Counted from the first letter of the stretch, positions 36,853 to 46,643 are shown. The stretch is 64,000 nucleotides of DNA from Chthonomonadales bacterium (GCA_012517255.1 JAAYVH010000002.1:6137-70136), one strand, 5' to 3'. Numbers and translations are program-made. The notes: generated from the sequence alone by a model not told the origin.

Positions 36853-36879
36853 TATAACAAGGCGAGGCGGATCTGTCAA
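36851..36879 (-). promoter_or_regulatory. sigma70-type promoter TTGACA-17 nt-TATAGT for the LacI-family gene / downstream operon
   Basis: On the minus strand: TTGACA (complement of 36874-36879), a 17-nt spacer, then TATAGT (complement of 36851-36856). This sits in an unusually AT-rich 86-bp gap. The predicted TSS is near 36844, about 23 nt before ATG 36821. Confidence 0.55.
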
Positions 36880-36907
36880 GACACTGCACGAAAAAAGAGA
36901 CTGAAAC

Positions 36908-38158
36908 TCAGACGATGTGCAGCCGCTCTTGCCGGGGACCGATCAGGCTGCAGCCTTCCTCGGTGAAGACGACGTCTTCCTCGACGCTCATGCGCAGTCG
37001 AATGCCGTTCCATTCTGGCACGACGTCGGTGACCGACAGCTCCATGGTGAACGCCTGGCCGTAGTCGAGCGTCACGTCGCCGCGCCCTTCGCAACGTTCC
37101 TGTTCCCACGGGAGGCCGATCAGGGGACCGGGTTCATGCAGGAAATACCCGAGCGAGTGGGAGTAGACGCGCGGCTCAGGCACGCCGCTTGCGCGGGCAT
37201 GCGCAAGGATTCGCGCAAGCAGCTCGTTGCCGGTGATGCCGCGGCAGAACTGCGCCATGAAGATGTCCTGCAGCCGATGGACTGATCGAAGCACGGCATG
37301 AACGCCTGACGGCGCATCCGCCTCGCCGTCGCGCCGAACGTAGGCCCATTGTTGATGGTCGGAGTTGAGCCGCAGGTAACGGATGCCCACGTCGCAATGG
37401 AGCAGATCGCCGGGCCGGATCACCCGATCGGATGGATCGTGTTCGGCGCATGCCGCAGGCGAGCGATGGATCGTGAAAAACGGCCGGAACGACACGTCGA
37501 GGCCCAGGTCGGCGCACGTCTGCCAGTAGAACCACTCCAGATCGGTCGTTGTCGTCAAGCCGGGCTCGATGGCTTCACGGCTGTAGCACCGCGCGATGAT
37601 GGCCTTCGCCACCGCGACGACGTGACGGAAGGTCTCGACATCCTGCGGAGTAAGCGTTGCCAGGAATCTGGCGGCGAGCGGCTCTGCCGAGACCAGGCGA
37701 TCGCCGAACCCTTCAGGCAACCGCTCCACCAGTTGCCTGTAGAGATTGTGCGTCAGGCCGCCTGCGGCCCATTGCACGGAGCCGACATTGATGCCGATGC
37801 GCTGCGGATCGCGCTCTCGGATCAGATCCATGAGGATGGGCCACTGCTCCTCGGGCTTCTGTCCGCGATAGGGGTGCGTGTAGAGCCCCTGCGTGTCGGT
37901 TCCCGAGATATTGATCCCCTCAACGCCGGCTTCCCCGCGGTCATGGAACACGAGCATTTGCAGGATGGGGCACCACGCGTCCATGGGGATCAGCGTCGTG
38001 TAGACCGGGTCGAGATTGTCCTCCTGACAGAGGATGATCCACATGTCTATGCCCGACTCGCGCATGGCTTCCGGCAAGACACGGGACAGCCTGGCTTCGA
38101 GATTGGCCTGAATCACGCGGGCGCGATCCCGCATGGGCAGTACGGATGGAATGCTCAT
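36908..38158 (-). CDS. M24-family metallopeptidase (Xaa-Pro aminopeptidase / creatinase-like)
   Basis: 416 aa. Creatinase-like N-domain, then pita-bread-fold metal-ligand regions (LLHCDVGIRY, SHSLGYFLHEPGP, FTMELSV, EEDVVF). Confidence 0.85.
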   Translation of the reverse strand: MSIPSVLPMRDRARVIQANLEARLSRVLPEAMRESGIDMWIILCQEDNLDPVYTTLIPMDAWCPILQMLVFHDRGEAGVEGINISGTDTQGLYTHPYRGQKPEEQWPILMDLIRERDPQRIGINVGSVQWAAGGLTHNLYRQLVERLPEGFGDRLVSAEPLAARFLATLTPQDVETFRHVVAVAKAIIARCYSREAIEPGLTTTTDLEWFYWQTCADLGLDVSFRPFFTIHRSPAACAEHDPSDRVIRPGDLLHCDVGIRYLRLNSDHQQWAYVRRDGEADAPSGVHAVLRSVHRLQDIFMAQFCRGITGNELLARILAHARASGVPEPRVYSHSLGYFLHEPGPLIGLPWEQERCEGRGDVTLDYGQAFTMELSVTDVVPEWNGIRLRMSVEEDVVFTEEGCSLIGPRQERLHIV

Positions 38159-38164
38159 GCCACA

Positions 38165-38947
38165 CTATCTCTCCAGGAGCTTGATTTCCACCTTTCGGAA
38201 CTCGATGGGGTGGCTCTCGGACTGAAGCGAGATGTACCCGCTCTCGATCAGCACCTTGCCATCCCTGATGAGCTTGGCGGCGTCCGGGTCGCCAGGATCC
38301 AGCTGCGGCTGCTCATACTCGAGGACGGTCTCTCCGTTGACGCGATGGATGATCTTGCCCGATCCGTGCACTTCCATCTCCGCCGTCACCCACTGGTCGC
38401 CGTGGTAGGTCTTCGAGCGCGAACTGTTGCAGTGCTGCGTGATCAGCTTGCCGCCCATGACGATATGGGTACCCGGCGAGCAGACGTTGTTCGTCGGACG
38501 CTCGTTCTTGCCGTCGCCGCCGAGGAGCTGCGCTTCGATGGACACCGGGAAGTCCTGATCCTTGCGCATGGTCTTCGGGTCCTGGCAGTGGAGCATGACG
38601 CCGCTGTTCCGGTAGGCCCATCCTGCGCCGCCGGGGCACTGGTCACCCGTGAACCGATACTCGACCCGGATGACGTAGTGCGAGAAGGGAGTCTTGTAGA
38701 ACAGGTGACCGAAACGATTCTCGAAAGTGGCGTAGTTCTCGTAGGACACCTTCAGCACGCCATCTTCCACGCGGAAGGTCTTCAACGGATCTTCGCCCAG
38801 CTCGAGCCCCTTGATTTTAGGGGTCCATCCGTCCAGGCTCTTGCCGTTGAACAGCGGTATCCACTTGCCGAGAGGCATGGCATCCTGCCCGATGGCGGCG
38901 GTCGAGACGGCAATCAGTGCGATGGCAAGGCATGTCAAGCGGAGCAT
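38165..38947 (-). CDS. DUF1080 (3-keto-disaccharide hydrolase-like) domain protein, secreted
   Basis: Signal peptide MLRLTCLAIALIAVSTAAIGQ. WIPLFNGKSLDGWTPK...FRVEDGVLKV...NSGVMLH...ISLQSESHPIEFRKVEIKLL is the typical DUF1080 pattern. GGGAGGGAG SD. Confidence 0.9.
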   Translation of the reverse strand: MLRLTCLAIALIAVSTAAIGQDAMPLGKWIPLFNGKSLDGWTPKIKGLELGEDPLKTFRVEDGVLKVSYENYATFENRFGHLFYKTPFSHYVIRVEYRFTGDQCPGGAGWAYRNSGVMLHCQDPKTMRKDQDFPVSIEAQLLGGDGKNERPTNNVCSPGTHIVMGGKLITQHCNSSRSKTYHGDQWVTAEMEVHGSGKIIHRVNGETVLEYEQPQLDPGDPDAAKLIRDGKVLIESGYISLQSESHPIEFRKVEIKLLER

Positions 38948-39115
38948 GAGCTCTCCCTCCCGTAGTCGGCTTTCAGAAGTAGTGTACCGGTAACGACAGC
39001 GCGAGCAGTGCAGAAGTGTCTCGCCGCTTAACCTCTCGCAGAGGCGTGCGGCGCAACGCCGTCAGGCCCGGGAACGTACTCCGTGGTAGACTAACCTCAT
39101 CGGAGGTCTTCCCCT

Positions 39116-39913
39116 ATGCCCCCTCATCTGGCGCTCTTTATTCTGCTCGTGCCCGTCGGCTCGCCACCATCAACCGTCGTTAGCGACTGGACCATACCGG
39201 CACGCTTTCGCAGTCAGACCGTCGTCGGGCGCGTGAAGGGCTTTCCAGAGAAGATCGTGGCGCTGACCTTCGATGACGGACCGGACCGGCGCAACACGCC
39301 CATGGTGCTCGATGCCCTCAAGCGGCATGGGCAGAAGGCCACGTTCTTCCTGATCGGCGAGCAGGTGCCCGCCAACGCCGAGCTCGTTCGGCGGATGGTT
39401 GCGGACGGGCACGCGGTCGGCAACCACAGTTGGTCGCACCCCTACCGACTGTCCAGGGACGAGGGGCTTCGGCAGATACAGCGATGCGACGCGGCAATCA
39501 TGCAGGCCATAGGCCGGAAGTCCGCGTGCTTTCGCACCCCGGGCGGCTTCACCGACAACGGCATTGCGCAGGCGGCTCGCTCGCAGGGGCTGCCGAACTT
39601 CCTGTGGATGGTGAGTTCTGCGGACACCCGGCGCATAGGATCCGCCGCGATCGCTCGCAACGTGACGCGGTACCTCCATCCTGGCGACATCGTGCTGATG
39701 CACGACGGACCGGGGCACAGGGAGACCGCCCTTGCGGTGCCGACGATCCTCGCTGGGATGGAGCGCAATGGATATCGCTCTGTGACCGTGCCTGAGCTGT
39801 GCCGCATATGGGATCGGTGGCTGGCTGAGAAGGGCGTAAACAAGGGCCTGAAGCCGACCCAGCCGCCCAAGCTGTCTTCGCCGTCGAAGCCTCGACGCGC
39901 TTCGCAGCGCTGA
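39116..39913 (+). CDS. polysaccharide deacetylase (CE4) family protein
   Basis: NodB motifs VALTFDDGPD and GNHSWSHP. GGAGG lies 10 nt upstream of the ATG. Confidence 0.9.
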   Translation: MPPHLALFILLVPVGSPPSTVVSDWTIPARFRSQTVVGRVKGFPEKIVALTFDDGPDRRNTPMVLDALKRHGQKATFFLIGEQVPANAELVRRMVADGHAVGNHSWSHPYRLSRDEGLRQIQRCDAAIMQAIGRKSACFRTPGGFTDNGIAQAARSQGLPNFLWMVSSADTRRIGSAAIARNVTRYLHPGDIVLMHDGPGHRETALAVPTILAGMERNGYRSVTVPELCRIWDRWLAEKGVNKGLKPTQPPKLSSPSKPRRASQR

Positions 39914-39934
39914 GTTTCGGCTCTGCCTCCGGCG

Positions 39935-42900
39935 CTACGGGGCGGGCACGAGTCCTGGCTCGGCCCACACCGCCCAGTCGAAGTTGAAATCCCGCAGGGC
40001 ATCCGTCACGAGCGTCAGCACGATCTCACGGCCCCGGTAGCCTGAGAGATCCACCGCCATCGGTATCCAGCCCTTCCCGGGCAGCAGGTCGACGGCCGCC
40101 ATGACCTTCCCATTCACCTCCACCCGAAAGCCGACGCCGTTGGACTTCGATCCATCGCGTATGCCGATGGCGGTGACGAGCCTCAGCGGCACGTCAGGCA
40201 ACTGCAGGTGGTAGTCGAGCAGCGAGCAGCCCTGATTCGGCGGATGCAGGCTGATGGCGGGCCGCTCGATACCCGAGCATGCGGCCATCCCCTTGTCCGG
40301 TCCGTATAGAGCTGGCGGTCCCTCTATGCCGAGCGCCGAGAGCGTCCGAGCATTCAGCGGCTGGGTCATGAGATCGAGCCCGTCCGCCGGCACGCATACG
40401 GGCTCCCCGAACGGTATCGTGAGGATGTTGGGAAGCGTTGTCTCGACATGAGTAGTGCCGTCGGACCGGATATCGATCCTAGCATCGCCAACGGCTGCCA
40501 GCACGCACCTGGCGGTCGGCGCGCCGGCGAACGTGAGGCTCGCCGCGACAGGCTCGACCTGATCGGGATCGGCGCTTATCTTCGGCGCGGCCAACCGTCC
40601 CCAATCGAACGACGGGTCGCCAGCCGGCCCTGCATCCGCTTCGATGCGCAGGATGATGGGACGGCCACGAAAAGCGTGGAGATCGAGCACTAGCGGTTCA
40701 GGCTGAACGCCGGTGGCCAGCGCCTCCGCCGCGCACTTCTCGGAGGGCTGATCCTCCCTCCATGCGGTCACCCTGAACCGGACACCGTCGGATTCCGTCG
40801 CGCCGGCGCGCAGATGAGCGCCTGCCCGAAACTGGAGCCCCGCCGCGTCCGGCAGATGAATGCGGTACTCGGTGTAGGTAAGGACCCCGCGGCGCTCGGC
40901 GGGATCAGCAGGCAGCCCCTTGTAGGGCGGATGGAAGAAGAGCCCTTCGCCGTCGGGCCTGACCAGACCGCCGCTCGCTTCATCGAAATAGCTCAGGCCC
41001 GGCGTCGAGGGACTGCGGTCGTAGGGAACGATGATTCCGGAGCGAACGCTCTCCACGCCGCCCGCGCCGGTAGATCCGACCGCGGCGTCGTCCCACAGCC
41101 GCACTTCGTAGGCGGCGTTGCCGCCGTGCGCGCGTATGCCTATGCGCATCAGGTCCGGATGCAGTCCGGAGCGGGTGATGTGCCAGCCTGTCGGCAATGC
41201 CTCGAGGTGCGGCTTCTTCATGTCGCGCGGGTCGGGCATCCACATGTAGCGCTCGCGGGTGTGCAGACCGATGATCTCCTGCCTGTTGTAAGCCAGCCAG
41301 CCACTGATGGAGCCTTCGCCTCGATAGCGCTCGGCCCCCGCCAGCCGACGCTCGATCACCAGCGGCGGTTGGCCCGGCACGCGGACCTCAAGCGCCGTGC
41401 CGCTGCTGCGCACGTATCGGGCGCGTCCGCCCTCGGGCGTTCGCCAGACGAACAGATCGTCGGGAGACCAGTTGGGACGGAAGTCGGGCACAAGGCCGTA
41501 GCGGAAGAAGAGACCTGCGCGGCGCAGCAGGCGCTCGATGTGGGGCAGGCGATCCCCCGCGAGCTGGCGCGCTTCGGGCCATGCATACGTCGGGATCACG
41601 CCGAACCGCTCATACGCGCGCTGCCATGCGTCGGCCAGCTCGGGCGCACGCTCGGGATTGGGCAGACCCAGGTAGCCGTAGATGGTGGTGAAAGGCGCTA
41701 GCACCGAGGATGCGATCGGATGCGCCATCTCCAGCAGACGGTCATCCCACGATCCTTCCACATGATCCAGGCCCCACACATGACGCTGCGCGAACTCCTC
41801 GAACCGACAGGTGACCTCATTGAGGCCCTCGCCGCTCAGCGCGACGTTGGGCAACGCCTGTTTCAGCTCGCGATGGAGCGCAAGATTGCCCTCGGCGCAC
41901 GACATGCCGTCTATTCGGCCGTTGGCGTCGTTGAAAATGCACAGCGTCTGGTCCAGATGGAGCGCATCTATGTCGTACTGGCGGCATAGCGCTGTCATGC
42001 GCTCGATGAACAGCTTGCGCCACGCGCGACTTGCCGGATTGATGTAGGCGAACTTGATGGGCGGGTCCGCCATCTTCCAGTCCCACCAGAGGTAGTCCTT
42101 GGTGAACGGGTCGCGCATGTGATACTGCCGGAATCGCTCGTACTCCGGGTTCTTCGGGTCGCATCCGAAGTAGTTCACATGAGGCATGACCCGGAACCCG
42201 AGCTGCTTGGCAGCCGCTACAAACGGCCCGAACTCCGGCAGGGGCGTATAGTCCGGATAGTTGCGGTCATAGCCGTCCCTGCGCCATCCGGGGATGTAGA
42301 GGAGGGTCTGGCGAGGCACGACTCGGCGCGCGAGGAGACGGATCGTCTCGATGTCCATGCCGACAATGGCCACCAGGCGAATGTCTGCAGCCCAGCGCGG
42401 CGCGCGCTGAGCGGCAGCCTGTCCATCGAGGGGTGACAGCGGCTTCAGTCCCAGGCGCTTTTCCGCCCAAGTGCGGTACATGGCGGCGCCAACCTGCCAG
42501 GGCCCTCTATACGGTCGGATCACCCACGGAAAGCCGTTGACTGCGCCCTGCGACTCGAACGGAGCTTCGCGGCGTGTCTCGAACCGCAGCCGGAAACCGC
42601 CCGTGACAGGTTCGACGGTGAGGACCTTGGGACGCAACGCAGCGTCCTCGGCCTGAATGAGCACGCCTCCTTTCGGCCCCTGAATGAGCGCGAACCCTGC
42701 TTCCCAGCCGATCGGATACTCGAACGTGCGCTTCTCGCGCGGCGCATCCTTGCCGAAGCGTTGCCCGCTATTGCCCGGCACGAGCACCTCGAAGCGATCG
42801 GGGATGATCCCCATGGTCCACGAGACGCCCTGCAGTCCCTTCGATGGAGAGGAGGCGTACTGCCTGACTTCCATGGACCCGTCCCTGCGCGTCGCAATAC

Positions 42901-43195
42901 GCGTGGTCCAGCGGCCGTCGTCGGACTGCATGCGCTGGAGCAGCACGCCCGGAGCGGGGCGCTCGGTGGCAGCCGGCCGACGCTCTTCAGCCGCCCGTCC
43001 GATCCGATGCAGGACCGCGCCGCCATCATCGCTCGGCACGGAAGTGACGACGGTCTCGTTGGTCAACGCATTCGTCAGGCCGACGACGGATCCATTCCTC
43101 ACCGACACGCTGAGCGCCGATGTCCGCAGTTCCTGCCCATCTGCGTGCGATGCGAGCCACAGCGCCGCTGCGACGACGTGGACCAGGCGGTTCAT
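39935..43195 (-). CDS. large secreted protein (1,086 aa), unknown; the central region may be a glycosidase-like barrel
   Basis: Signal peptide MNRLVHVVAAALWLASHADGQ, GGAGGA SD. The central stretch (YIPGWRRDGYDRNYPDY...YDIDALHLDQTLCIF...LSGEGLNE) recalls TIM-barrel glycoside-hydrolase-like families, but I cannot assign a family. Confidence 0.6.
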   Translation of the reverse strand: MNRLVHVVAAALWLASHADGQELRTSALSVSVRNGSVVGLTNALTNETVVTSVPSDDGGAVLHRIGRAAEERRPAATERPAPGVLLQRMQSDDGRWTTRIATRRDGSMEVRQYASSPSKGLQGVSWTMGIIPDRFEVLVPGNSGQRFGKDAPREKRTFEYPIGWEAGFALIQGPKGGVLIQAEDAALRPKVLTVEPVTGGFRLRFETRREAPFESQGAVNGFPWVIRPYRGPWQVGAAMYRTWAEKRLGLKPLSPLDGQAAAQRAPRWAADIRLVAIVGMDIETIRLLARRVVPRQTLLYIPGWRRDGYDRNYPDYTPLPEFGPFVAAAKQLGFRVMPHVNYFGCDPKNPEYERFRQYHMRDPFTKDYLWWDWKMADPPIKFAYINPASRAWRKLFIERMTALCRQYDIDALHLDQTLCIFNDANGRIDGMSCAEGNLALHRELKQALPNVALSGEGLNEVTCRFEEFAQRHVWGLDHVEGSWDDRLLEMAHPIASSVLAPFTTIYGYLGLPNPERAPELADAWQRAYERFGVIPTYAWPEARQLAGDRLPHIERLLRRAGLFFRYGLVPDFRPNWSPDDLFVWRTPEGGRARYVRSSGTALEVRVPGQPPLVIERRLAGAERYRGEGSISGWLAYNRQEIIGLHTRERYMWMPDPRDMKKPHLEALPTGWHITRSGLHPDLMRIGIRAHGGNAAYEVRLWDDAAVGSTGAGGVESVRSGIIVPYDRSPSTPGLSYFDEASGGLVRPDGEGLFFHPPYKGLPADPAERRGVLTYTEYRIHLPDAAGLQFRAGAHLRAGATESDGVRFRVTAWREDQPSEKCAAEALATGVQPEPLVLDLHAFRGRPIILRIEADAGPAGDPSFDWGRLAAPKISADPDQVEPVAASLTFAGAPTARCVLAAVGDARIDIRSDGTTHVETTLPNILTIPFGEPVCVPADGLDLMTQPLNARTLSALGIEGPPALYGPDKGMAACSGIERPAISLHPPNQGCSLLDYHLQLPDVPLRLVTAIGIRDGSKSNGVGFRVEVNGKVMAAVDLLPGKGWIPMAVDLSGYRGREIVLTLVTDALRDFNFDWAVWAEPGLVPAP

Positions 43196-43328
43196 GCTTA
43201 TTCCTCCGAGCAGTGCTTACGCCGCCACCATTCGCCAGAGGGGGCGCTGAAACCTCCCCAGGAGGCGCGCGACGTCTCCGAGCAGGAGCCCCGCCAGCCG
43301 CTATCGAATGGGTTGACGGAGGACGAGC

Positions 43329-46300
43329 ATGAAGAGGCGAACCTGGATCGGCGCGGCGTTCGGACTGCTCCTGGCAGTGAACGCACAGGGCGTATGCACG
43401 CAGCAGATCGTTGAAGACTTCGCATCCTATCCTGAGGGCGCGGTCTATGGCGCACGGTGGGAGTTGGGCGGGCTCGGATGGTCCATCCGCAACGGTCGGC
43501 TGGCATGCGAGGCCGGAACACGCACAACGGCTGTGCCTGCGGCGGCTCCTCACGCCCGTCGGCTGACGTTTGAGGCCGTCATGCGCCCCGAACGAGCGGT
43601 CGGTTCCCAGTGGAAGGTAGCTGGCATCGCCATCGTCGCCGATGACGCCAACTTCTGGCAACTCTCGCTTGTCGAGGGCCCCGATACGTCGGGCAAGGTC
43701 CACAGCCTCGAGCTGCACCAGATGCTGGCCGGGCGATGGCTTGCCAACATCGAAGGCTCCACGGCGCTTACGAGGACTGTTGAGGAAGGTCTCTTCGCCT
43801 GGGAGGCCGATCGCGACTACCGCCTGAGGATCGAGCTTCAGCCCGACGGGATCGAAGGGACCGTGGAAGAGCTCGGTTCTGCTCGCCGGTATCGAGTGGG
43901 GTACGCCTTCCGGGACCCATGCGTGCGATCGGGTCGGCCGACGCTCGTTACATCGAGTCTCTCGGCTTCCTTCGCTTCCTACCGAGCGGAGATAAGCGAG
44001 ACCGCCAAGCCTCCGACTCGTCCCAGGCCACCGACCTACACGCTACCGCCCATGTCCTCAATGCGGACGAGGGCCACAGGGTTCTTCCGCGTCGAGAAGA
44101 TCGGCGACCGATGGTGGGTCATAGATCCCAGGGGGCATGCCTTCTACGTCGTCGGCACCGATCACGTGAACTACGAAGCTCACTGGTGCGAGAAGCTGGG
44201 CTATGCCCCCTACAGCCGCAACGTCAAGGAAAAGTACAAGAGCGAGGATGCCTGGGCCGCGTCTGCGACGGAGCGGCTCAAGGCGTGGGGCTTCAACACG
44301 CTGGGAGCGGGCCACAGCGAGTCTGTCCGCTATCGCGGCCTCGTCCATACGGTGTTCTTGTCGCTGGGAACGGCGTTCACGGCCTACGGCGATATCGCCC
44401 CGCGCACGACCTGGACAGGCTTCCCTGACGTGTTCGATCCCCGCTTCGCCGAGTTCTGCAAGATCGAGGCTCGCAAGCAGTGCGCCCCGCACACGAACGA
44501 TCCCTGGCTGCTGGGCTACTTCCTTGATAACGAGCTCGAATGGTTCGGCAAGAACGGTACCGAGACCGGCCTCGTGGATGAGACCATGAAGAAGCCCGCC
44601 AGTCATCCCGCCAAGCGCGCGTTCATCGCTCTTCTGCGCAAGCGGTATGCCGCCGTCGGTAACCTGAACCGCGCCTGGAAGTCCCAGTATGCCTCCTGGG
44701 ATGCGCTGGCTTCGGCAACGGAAGCGCCGACGGGCGGCGCGGCTCATCAGGACCGGCTCGCATTCGTCCGCCTGATAGCCGAGAGGTACTTCTCCATCAC
44801 CTGCGAGGCCATCCGACAGGCCGACCCGAACCACATGATCCTCGGTTGCCGTTTTGCCGGTTTCGCGCCGCCCATCTGGGACATCGCCGGGCGCCACCTG
44901 GACATCGTCTCCGTGAACTACTATGGCAACGTGGACCTCGACAGAGGCACGACCACCGACATGCCGCAAGCCATGGCCCGCTACTACGCCCAGGCCAGGC
45001 GGCCGTTACTGATCACCGAATGGAGCTTTCCTGCCCTGGATGCCGGCTTGCCATCGCGGCATGGCGCCGGTCAGCGAGTGCCTACCCAACGGGACAAGGC
45101 GCGTGCCTATGCCATCTACCAGACCGCCCTCTTCGCCATGCCGTTCATGGTCGGCTCCAACTACTTCATGTGGGTGGATGAGCCCGAGCTCGGGATCAGC
45201 TCTACCTTTCCGGAGGACAGCAACTACGGTCTCGTGGATGTCAACGACCGTCCGTGGCCCGAACTGACCGCCATGGCCGCCAGGCTCAATCCCCGGGCAG
45301 TCGCGATCCATGCGGGCGACACCTCCGAGGTGTCGGCGCAGATCGGCGCCGGCGGCATAACCATACGCAACGCAGGAAAGCGAGCCGCGAAGTTCGTGGC
45401 GGAGATCTATGTACAGGGCCGTCGAACGGCTCATGCACTTCAGATCAAGGCCGGCGGACGCTCCACCGTCCCTCTGACCCTCAAGGGTCCGTCCCTGGTA
45501 GTGGTGGAGCTCGACCGCGCGGGCGCGCTGACCGAACGCAGGCTGGATGACAACCGGGCCACACGCGTGGTCGGAGCGCGCGCAGACGCTTCGACAATCC
45601 TGGTAGTGAATGAGAGCAATGATGCGTTGCGCGACGTTCCGGTGGCGCTCGCCATACCCGGGACGGCCTCGGACGCGCCGCTGGGCGTCCGGGATGCAGC
45701 AGGACGCGCACTCAGGTCGCAGGTGGACAGGCTCCCGACTGGATGGGAGCTCGCCTTTCAGGCTCCGACGCTGCCGGCACGAACGGTGTCGGTGTTTCGG
45801 CTTGGCTCGGGAGGGTCATTGAGCGTCGAGCAGACCCACCGCAACGGCGCTCCATTCACGATGGACGGCGCGCTGAATCTCGCCTGGAATGGCACGAGCG
45901 GCAACCTGCTGGACAGCGTCCGCCTCGACGACGTTCAGATCGGCCGCGTAACCATGCTGGTTCACCAGACAAACGGACAGCCCCTGTGGATCGAGCCGTC
46001 GCGGATCCGCGCGTCATCGGCGTTCGTCGGTCCGGTGAGAACCGTCCGGATCATCGAGGCCGACGGAGGATCCGCCGACAGCAGCGTCCGAACGCAGACC
46101 GAGCAGGGAGGCGACTACGCGCCGCGCACCCGTCCGGCGCACCGGTTCGCGGTACGTATGCGGCTCGACTGCTATCCTGGCGAGCGCTGGCTCGATGTCC
46201 GCCTGCTCGGCGTGACCAACACAGATGAGCGCCCATGGAAGCTTGAGTCGTACTTCGTGTATGCTCTCGCATCCATAGGCGGCTCCGCGACCGACGACAT

Positions 46301-46616
46301 GCCCGGCGGTGCAGGCGATGCGCCGCGCTGGTACGATGCGAAGGCCGATATCTCATTCGGCGCCCTCATGGACACGCGACGCTTCACCGGCTTGTTCTGG
46401 AAAGACACGCCCGATGGAGAAGGGCTGCATGCCGATGTCTATCGCGTGGTGCGGCGCACGCTGGCGCCCGGCGCTAACTTCCGGCCCAATCCGCCCGATC
46501 CTGCCGTCCAGGTCTTCGCCGCACGAGGAGACACGGCAACGGCAGACAATGCGCCGATGCGACGACTGAGGGGGTTGCAGCGGCTCAGGCTCATGGGTCC
46601 TCCGCCACGCACCTGA
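43329..46616 (+). CDS. large secreted clan GH-A-type glycoside hydrolase (GH42/GH50-like beta-galactosidase/agarase-type core suspected) with N- and C-terminal accessory domains
   Basis: Signal peptide MKRRTWIGAAFGLLLAVNAQG, GGAGGA SD. The core carries YFLDNELEW (NE acid/base-type), LLITEWSF (TE nucleophile-type) and SNYFMWVDEPELG...NYGLVDVNDRPW. The family-level call is tentative. Confidence 0.65.
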   Translation: MKRRTWIGAAFGLLLAVNAQGVCTQQIVEDFASYPEGAVYGARWELGGLGWSIRNGRLACEAGTRTTAVPAAAPHARRLTFEAVMRPERAVGSQWKVAGIAIVADDANFWQLSLVEGPDTSGKVHSLELHQMLAGRWLANIEGSTALTRTVEEGLFAWEADRDYRLRIELQPDGIEGTVEELGSARRYRVGYAFRDPCVRSGRPTLVTSSLSASFASYRAEISETAKPPTRPRPPTYTLPPMSSMRTRATGFFRVEKIGDRWWVIDPRGHAFYVVGTDHVNYEAHWCEKLGYAPYSRNVKEKYKSEDAWAASATERLKAWGFNTLGAGHSESVRYRGLVHTVFLSLGTAFTAYGDIAPRTTWTGFPDVFDPRFAEFCKIEARKQCAPHTNDPWLLGYFLDNELEWFGKNGTETGLVDETMKKPASHPAKRAFIALLRKRYAAVGNLNRAWKSQYASWDALASATEAPTGGAAHQDRLAFVRLIAERYFSITCEAIRQADPNHMILGCRFAGFAPPIWDIAGRHLDIVSVNYYGNVDLDRGTTTDMPQAMARYYAQARRPLLITEWSFPALDAGLPSRHGAGQRVPTQRDKARAYAIYQTALFAMPFMVGSNYFMWVDEPELGISSTFPEDSNYGLVDVNDRPWPELTAMAARLNPRAVAIHAGDTSEVSAQIGAGGITIRNAGKRAAKFVAEIYVQGRRTAHALQIKAGGRSTVPLTLKGPSLVVVELDRAGALTERRLDDNRATRVVGARADASTILVVNESNDALRDVPVALAIPGTASDAPLGVRDAAGRALRSQVDRLPTGWELAFQAPTLPARTVSVFRLGSGGSLSVEQTHRNGAPFTMDGALNLAWNGTSGNLLDSVRLDDVQIGRVTMLVHQTNGQPLWIEPSRIRASSAFVGPVRTVRIIEADGGSADSSVRTQTEQGGDYAPRTRPAHRFAVRMRLDCYPGERWLDVRLLGVTNTDERPWKLESYFVYALASIGGSATDDMPGGAGDAPRWYDAKADISFGALMDTRRFTGLFWKDTPDGEGLHADVYRVVRRTLAPGANFRPNPPDPAVQVFAARGDTATADNAPMRRLRGLQRLRLMGPPPRT

Positions 46617-46643
46617 CGTCAAAGACGTATCTCTCAGGATCGT

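Noticed and set aside
37349-38965. 538-aa plus-strand ORF spanning two loci
   Set aside because: It runs antisense across both the M24 peptidase and DUF1080 genes, each of which has clear family motifs and SDs on the minus strand.
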